Shown here: positions 59,557 to 64,000 of the stretch, piece after piece | Layout: each line of letters opens with the position of its first letter | How positions within the stretch are numbered: the stretch's first letter is position 1 | DNA from: Alphaproteobacteria bacterium | GTDB taxonomy: Bacteria > Pseudomonadota > Alphaproteobacteria > Rickettsiales > JABCZZ01 | Direction: 5' to 3' | Length of the DNA stretch: 64,000 bases | Assembly (NCBI GenBank): GCA_013286285.1 | Contig: JABDGA010000002.1 | Coordinates: forward strand, 1,349-65,348 | Made by a program: the position numbers and the translations under genes | The notes under the pieces: generated by a model | The model's database searches: none | What the model saw: the letters and a program-made list of their open reading frames with translations, nothing else | Told to the model about the DNA's origin: nothing

Positions 59557-59629
59557 GAGTGTAGTGTTTACCCGCGCAGGCAACGGACTTTCAATCTGGG
59601 GTAAAGTGCTGCGCGGGACACTACACTAG
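59557..59629. repeat. Long intergenic hairpin B, ending at the SD of the aldo/keto reductase gene
   Basis: gtgtagtgt/acactacac and cccgcgcag/ctgcgcggg arms. The 3' arm is followed directly by 'tagaggagg' and the ATG at 59641. Confidence 0.6.
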
Positions 59630-59640
59630 AGGAGGCGGTT

Positions 59641-60519
59641 ATGGCAAATGACGCATCACGTTCCGGTACATTCAAAATCGGAGGAGAAATTACGGTTAAC
59701 CGGCTTGGGTTTGGCGCTATGCGTATTACGGGGCCTGGTATATGGGATGAACCGCAGGATCGTCCTGAAGCAGTGCGTACACTTAAGCGCCTGCCTGAAC
59801 TAGGCGTGAATTTTATCGATACTGCAGACAGTTATGGGCCTGAAACCAGCGAAAACCTGATCTGTGAAGCGCTTTATCCTTATAAGCAACTGCTGATTGC
59901 CACCAAAGGCGGCCTGGTGCGCACGGGGCCTGATAATTGGGTGCCGCTTGCGAGGCCGGAATATCTGCGTCAGTGTGTTGCCCTGAGCTTGCGCCGCCTG
60001 AAGGTGGAACGTATTGATCTTTGGCAACTGCATCGTATTGATCCCAAAACCCCGCGTGAAGAGCAGTTCGGCGTCATCCAGGAGATGCAGAAGCAAGGCC
60101 TTATCCGCCATGTGGGATTAAGCGAGGTAAGCGTCAAGGAAATCGAAGCGGCACGGAAATTCTTTCCCGTAGCGACAGTACAGAACCGCTACAACCTGAT
60201 TGATCGCAGCAGTGAAGAAGTGCTGGATTATTGTGCCAAGCATACTATCGGTTTTATCCCCTGGTATCCGCTTGCTGCCGGGGAACTGGCGAAGCCGGGC
60301 GCAGTGCTGGATAGCGTGGCGCGTAAGCTGAACGCCACGCCAAGCCAGATTGCACTTGCTTGGGTGTTGAAGAGAAGCCCGGTTATGCTGCCCATTCCCG
60401 GCACCGGAAAGGTAAAACATTTGGAGGAAAATGTCGCTGCCGTATCCATTATGCTTTCCGATGAGGATTTCCACGCTTTGGACGAAGCAGGTCGGAATGC
60501 GTCGAAACAGGCCGCGTAA
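59641..60519 (+). CDS. Aldo/keto reductase
   Basis: 292 aa with '[10 protein letters not shown]', 'FIDTADSYG' and 'IDLWQLHR'. Confidence 0.9.
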   Translation: MANDASRSGTFKIGGEITVNRLGFGAMRITGPGIWDEPQDRPEAVRTLKRLPELGVNFIDTADSYGPETSENLICEALYPYKQLLIATKGGLVRTGPDNWVPLARPEYLRQCVALSLRRLKVERIDLWQLHRIDPKTPREEQFGVIQEMQKQGLIRHVGLSEVSVKEIEAARKFFPVATVQNRYNLIDRSSEEVLDYCAKHTIGFIPWYPLAAGELAKPGAVLDSVARKLNATPSQIALAWVLKRSPVMLPIPGTGKVKHLEENVAAVSIMLSDEDFHALDEAGRNASKQAA

Positions 60520-60676
60520 TTTTATCTATTGGCAGGTGATGACAAGCTTGGCGATTATGTCTGGGACATTGTTAGTCTTACGTCTTCTTTATATCTCTTT
60601 CGGATATGGAACGTAACCTGTTTATGTGCTATATATTATACTTCAAGTTAGTGAATGACTAAGGGGGGGGGATTTT

Positions 60677-60898
60677 ATGAAAAATTCCGTAAAATTAGTT
60701 TATGCTATCACAATCTTGAGTCTGGTGGCAGGATGTGGAGACACTCCCGGTCGCCGTGCGGCTACAGGTGCCGGTATTGGTGCGGGAGCCGGTGCCGTTG
60801 GGGCAGTGCTACTCGATGCTAACCCAGTCGCTGGTGCGTTGATCGGGGGGGGCAGCGGGGGCGGTGACTGGAGCAGCAACCAACAAGAAGCAAATTAA
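60677..60898 (+). CDS. Small glycine-zipper lipoprotein (frame uncertain after the G8 tract)
   Basis: 73 aa with lipobox 'LVAGCG' and 'GAGIGAGAGAVGAVLL..GALIGG'. A G8 run lies at 60845-60852 inside the gene and a G9 run at 60663-60671 just upstream of the ATG. Confidence 0.6.
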   Translation: MKNSVKLVYAITILSLVAGCGDTPGRRAATGAGIGAGAGAVGAVLLDANPVAGALIGGGSGGGDWSSNQQEAN

Positions 60899-60907
60899 TT
60901 TGGGCAA

Positions 60908-62026
60908 TTAGGCGAAGAGTTCTGCCTGTATAGAGCCATGATCCACAGCTAGCACTTGGGCATCCAGGCCTTCAAAGACATCGTGATCGGTTCCAGTGAG
61001 CCAGCATTGCGCGCCTAAGGCCTGCAGTTCAGTGAAAAGTGCTTCGCGGCGTGTGCCGTCAAGGTGGGTGGCCACCTCGTCAAGCAGCATGACGGGTACA
61101 TTACCGTGCCATAGCGCACCCGCCTGTGCCTGTGCAAGCACTATGGAAACCAGCAATGCCTTCTGCTCGCCGGTAGAACAAAATTCTGCAGGCAGATTTT
61201 TTTCTTTATGTATGACATCTATTTTTGTCCGATGCACGCCGGTGAGGGCGCGTCCAGCCGCTGCATCCTGAGCACGGCTGCTTTTTAGTGAGTCTCTGAA
61301 GCCATTTTCGGTTGCCAGCGCTGAATTCTGCGTCAGCAACTCTTCCACAGCTCCCGATAAGACGATATGCGCTTTAGGAAAGACATGGGTGGGGATGTTC
61401 ATGGCGTTATTCAACTGTTCCGCAGCATTCTGGCGTGCAACCGCTATGGCAATGCCCTGTTCCGCCATTTTCTTCTCCAGCGCTGTGAGCCAGACCGGAT
61501 CGGTCTGTCCCATTTGTAGCAGACGGTTACGTTCGCGCATGACGCTTTCGTAGGCATTTACGCGCGTGGCATGCGCGCCGTCAAAACTGAACACCAGCCG
61601 ATCCAGGAATTTACGCCGCTCGCTGTTGCCTTCGATAAACAGCGTATCCATTTGCGGCGTGAGCCACAGCACAGAAAAGATACGGGCGAGATCCGTATGC
61701 GAGCGCGCGGTTTTTTCGTCGATTTTGACAATGCGTTTATCGTTACCATTACACTCTCTGCCGGTGCCGATGTTCGCGGGCCCCTTTAACCCCTCAATCT
61801 CTGCATGCAGCGCCCAGGGCTTGCCGTTATGCAGGTTGTCCAGTTCACTGACGCTTGCCCGCCGCAGGCCACGTCCGGGAGTGAGCAGTGAAATCGCTTC
61901 CAGTATATTGGTTTTCCCCGCACCATTGGCGCCGACAAGCACTACTGGGCGTATATCTACCTCCAAGTGTGCATAGGAATAGTTGCGGAAATTGGAAAGT
62001 ATCAGGGTTTTAATATGGATGTTCAT
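60908..62026 (-). CDS. recF: DNA replication/repair protein RecF
   Basis: 372 aa with 'GANGAGKTNILEAI' and the signature 'SGEQKALL', then 'LLDEV.AHLD'. Confidence 0.95.
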   Translation of the reverse strand: MNIHIKTLILSNFRNYSYAHLEVDIRPVVLVGANGAGKTNILEAISLLTPGRGLRRASVSELDNLHNGKPWALHAEIEGLKGPANIGTGRECNGNDKRIVKIDEKTARSHTDLARIFSVLWLTPQMDTLFIEGNSERRKFLDRLVFSFDGAHATRVNAYESVMRERNRLLQMGQTDPVWLTALEKKMAEQGIAIAVARQNAAEQLNNAMNIPTHVFPKAHIVLSGAVEELLTQNSALATENGFRDSLKSSRAQDAAAGRALTGVHRTKIDVIHKEKNLPAEFCSTGEQKALLVSIVLAQAQAGALWHGNVPVMLLDEVATHLDGTRREALFTELQALGAQCWLTGTDHDVFEGLDAQVLAVDHGSIQAELFA

Positions 62027-62098
62027 TTCAGCAGGCAGCAGTACTGCATTGTTCTTCTGAAGTTTAGGTATTAGCGGGCAGTTATAATAGGTAGAGAT

Positions 62099-62512
62099 TT
62101 AACGTTCTCTGTCTGTGTTACCTTTTTTCTGTTCTTTTTTTGCTTTTTGTCTTCTCAGGAATTCGTCAGAGCCGGTTATGTTATCATGTTGTTCTTCACC
62201 GGAAGATATGGTATCTGCTGTATCTTGTTTGTTTCCGATTACACGGATGTCTTTGGCTTGTGGATGACTTTTAAGATATTTCTCAAATAATTCTTCAGCA
62301 TACACCGGATCGCCAGCTATCGCATCTCTGATTGATTGCCTTTGTCTATCAATTTCCTGTCTCTCACTTGGAATGATATATCCTTCAGGAGCTGGTACTT
62401 TGGCCACAGCTTCTGCTTCAATTAACTCTATGATTATACTATCAAGTTCAGGATCCAAATCGGAGAATTTTCTTATCCCTTCTGGTCTTTGAGCATCAAA
62501 TTCATTCGTCAT
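62099..62512 (-). CDS. Hypothetical acidic/basic orphan protein (137 aa)
   Basis: AT-rich (21/60 GC at 62101-62160). No recognisable motif. Lies between dnaN and recF on the same strand. Confidence 0.45.
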   Translation of the reverse strand: MTNEFDAQRPEGIRKFSDLDPELDSIIIELIEAEAVAKVPAPEGYIIPSERQEIDRQRQSIRDAIAGDPVYAEELFEKYLKSHPQAKDIRVIGNKQDTADTISSGEEQHDNITGSDEFLRRQKAKKEQKKGNTDRER

Positions 62513-62535
62513 ATAATTTAATATACTGCTAGGGA

Positions 62536-63654
62536 TTACACCCGCATCGGCATGATGACGTAGAGCGCGCTGACATCGGCAGTGTCGCGCACCAATGCCG
62601 GAGAAGTGCCGTCGGCCAGCATGAATTGCACGATGTCGCCTTCTATCTGTCCCATCATATCTAGCAGGTAGCGCGAGTTAAAGCCAATCTCTATCGGGTC
62701 GGCGGCATAGGTAACATCAATTTCTTCCGTCGCTGTGCCGTGTTCGGGGCTATCGGCGGAAAGGGTCAGCTTGCCCTTTGCTACCGCAAGGCGGATGCCG
62801 CGGGTTTTCTCAGAGGCAATGGTAGACACGCGATCGACCGCAGAGGTAAACGTCTTGCCATCGAGCTCCATTAATTTGTCATTCTGGCTGGGGATAACGC
62901 GCTCATAATCGGGGAAAGTGCCGTCTATCAATTTCGACACCAGCACGGCGTTGCCGCAGGCGAAGCGAATCTTGCTTTCCGACAGCGAGATATCAATATG
63001 GGTGAGCCCGTCCTGTGTCAGTTTTTGGATTTCACCGATGGTTTTGCGCGGGATGATGACGCCGGGCATGCCCGCTGCTCCACCCGGCAGCGCCACTTCA
63101 ATGCGTGCAAGGCGGTGGCCGTCGGTCGCCACGCTACGCAGCACCCCAACTCCCTGGTTCTCGGCGGCATGGAGGTAAATACCATTTAAATAATAGCGGG
63201 TCTCCTCGGTGGAAACCGCAAAACGCGTCTTTTCAATAAGTGCGCTGCATTCCGAAGCGGTAATCGAAAAGGAAAAAGGCAGTTCACCTTCGGTCATCAC
63301 CGGGAAGTCTTCCACCGGTAATGTGGCAAGCGAGAAACGCGAATTCCCGGCGCGGATGACGAGCTTGGTTGCATCCGGTACGCGGGATATTTCAACCTGT
63401 GCGCCATCGGGCAGCTTGCGGATGATGTCATAGAGCGTTTGTGCGGGAACGGTGGTTTTGCCAGGTTCCGCAACCGCTGCTACCGTGCGCTCGACAATGG
63501 CGATGTCCATATCGGTCGCCGTCAGGTAAAGCGTATCCGCTGCGGCTTCCAGCTTGACATTGGAGAGGATTGGGATGGTGCCCCGGCGCTCGACAACGGA
63601 TTGCACATGCCCCAGCGCTTTAAGCAACAACGAACGTTCAATGGTCAGTTTCAT
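62536..63654 (-). CDS. dnaN: DNA polymerase III beta sliding clamp
   Basis: 372 aa with 'MKLTIERS.LLKAL..V..VVERR.TIPILSNV' and C-terminal 'YVIMPMRV'. Confidence 0.95.
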   Translation of the reverse strand: MKLTIERSLLLKALGHVQSVVERRGTIPILSNVKLEAAADTLYLTATDMDIAIVERTVAAVAEPGKTTVPAQTLYDIIRKLPDGAQVEISRVPDATKLVIRAGNSRFSLATLPVEDFPVMTEGELPFSFSITASECSALIEKTRFAVSTEETRYYLNGIYLHAAENQGVGVLRSVATDGHRLARIEVALPGGAAGMPGVIIPRKTIGEIQKLTQDGLTHIDISLSESKIRFACGNAVLVSKLIDGTFPDYERVIPSQNDKLMELDGKTFTSAVDRVSTIASEKTRGIRLAVAKGKLTLSADSPEHGTATEEIDVTYAADPIEIGFNSRYLLDMMGQIEGDIVQFMLADGTSPALVRDTADVSALYVIMPMRV

Positions 63655-63760
63655 AGGTTTTGCCGATTCCTGATTAATTTTTCGAGAACATAGTATATAA
63701 AATAATTTGTTGCAAGCTTGGAAGCTTGTTGTATTTCAGGGGATGAAAGCGGAGGAAAAA

Positions 63761-64000
63761 ATGCAGAAACCATTTACTATCGGCTTGATCCAGATGCGCA
63801 TGGAAGAAGATGGCAGTGCGAATCTGGCGAAGGCGCAGGCCATGCTGGAAAAAGCGGCAAAGCAAGGCGTGCAGGTGGCCTGCCTGCCGGAGCTATTCCG
63901 CTCGCCGTATTTTTGCAAAACGGAAGATCATACCATATTTGATCTGGCGGAGTCTATTCCCGGCCCGAGCACGGAAGCGCTTGCAAAAACGGCGAAGCAG
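63761..64000 (+). CDS. Carbon-nitrogen hydrolase family protein (N-carbamoylputrescine-amidase-like), 5' fragment
   Basis: The ATG at 63761 is preceded by 'ggagga'. Translation is 'MQKPFTIGLIQMRMEEDGSANLAKAQAMLEKAAKQGVQVACLPELFRSPYFC...'. Open to the window end and absent from the ORF track. Confidence 0.7.
   Translation, partial: MQKPFTIGLIQMRMEEDGSANLAKAQAMLEKAAKQGVQVACLPELFRSPYFCKTEDHTIFDLAESIPGPSTEALAKTAKQ

Noticed and set aside
24441-59629. Whether the recurring hairpin repeats constitute a CRISPR array.
   Set aside because: The copies are tens of kb apart (24.4, 28.3 and 47.0 kb) or are adjacent long palindromes without regular repeat-spacer periodicity. No cas genes are present.
63713-63728. 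'caagcttggaagcttg' palindromic or direct repeat in the dnaN / C-N hydrolase divergent spacer.
   Set aside because: It is short (7-bp arms) and built from two HindIII-type palindromes. That is too little information to call an operator.

Overview
This is a 64-kb chromosomal window, most likely from an alphaproteobacterium. Evidence for that: a DUF1476/zeta ATPase-inhibitor-like gene beside purC, a UPF0262-hisD-hisG-murA block, a divergent hisB/hslV pair, TrmFO, and Cpa-type Tad pilus genes. All calls rest on reading the supplied ORF translations and the raw sequence by eye (motif recall); no searches were run. I support about 65 protein-coding genes. I found no rRNA, tRNA, CRISPR array, IS element or integrase. 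Hand counts on 60-nt samples give 53-62 % GC for the backbone. The backbone carries housekeeping genes: ligA, aceA, rpsB-tsf, queECF, hisDG, murA, rnhA, purSC, ileS, gpsA, gshB, rsmI, holB, hisB, hslV, gltA, plsC, trmFO, recF and dnaN. Several AT-rich patches (25-45 % GC on samples) interrupt it and hold the unusual content. (1) A 2.4-kb SF2-helicase cassette sits exactly between cpaD and cpaE of a Tad pilus operon that lacks pilin, peptidase and platform genes in cis. The cassette is split into two ORFs at an A7 run where a single extra A would fuse them. (2) A roughly 4.8-kb island encodes a secreted GH5-like glycanase, an oversized type-IV-prepilin-like protein and a two-lobed beta-helix (GH55-like) protein. 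(3) Two diverged copies of an unknown ~120-aa protein differ sharply in GC, and each lies downstream of a small upstream ORF. (4) An AT-rich ~750-bp tract lies inside ileS. (5) An AT-rich orphan gene lies between dnaN and recF. Non-coding structure includes a multi-hairpin intergenic repeat family whose stems co-vary, two pairs of long MITE-like palindromes, an 11-bp hairpin enclosing the queE start codon, and G9/G8 homopolymer tracts at a glycine-zipper lipoprotein gene where losing one G gives a more canonical C-terminus. None of these can be assigned to a known system from sequence alone. The helicase-in-tad cassette and the glycanase/pilin island are the best candidates for something undescribed.
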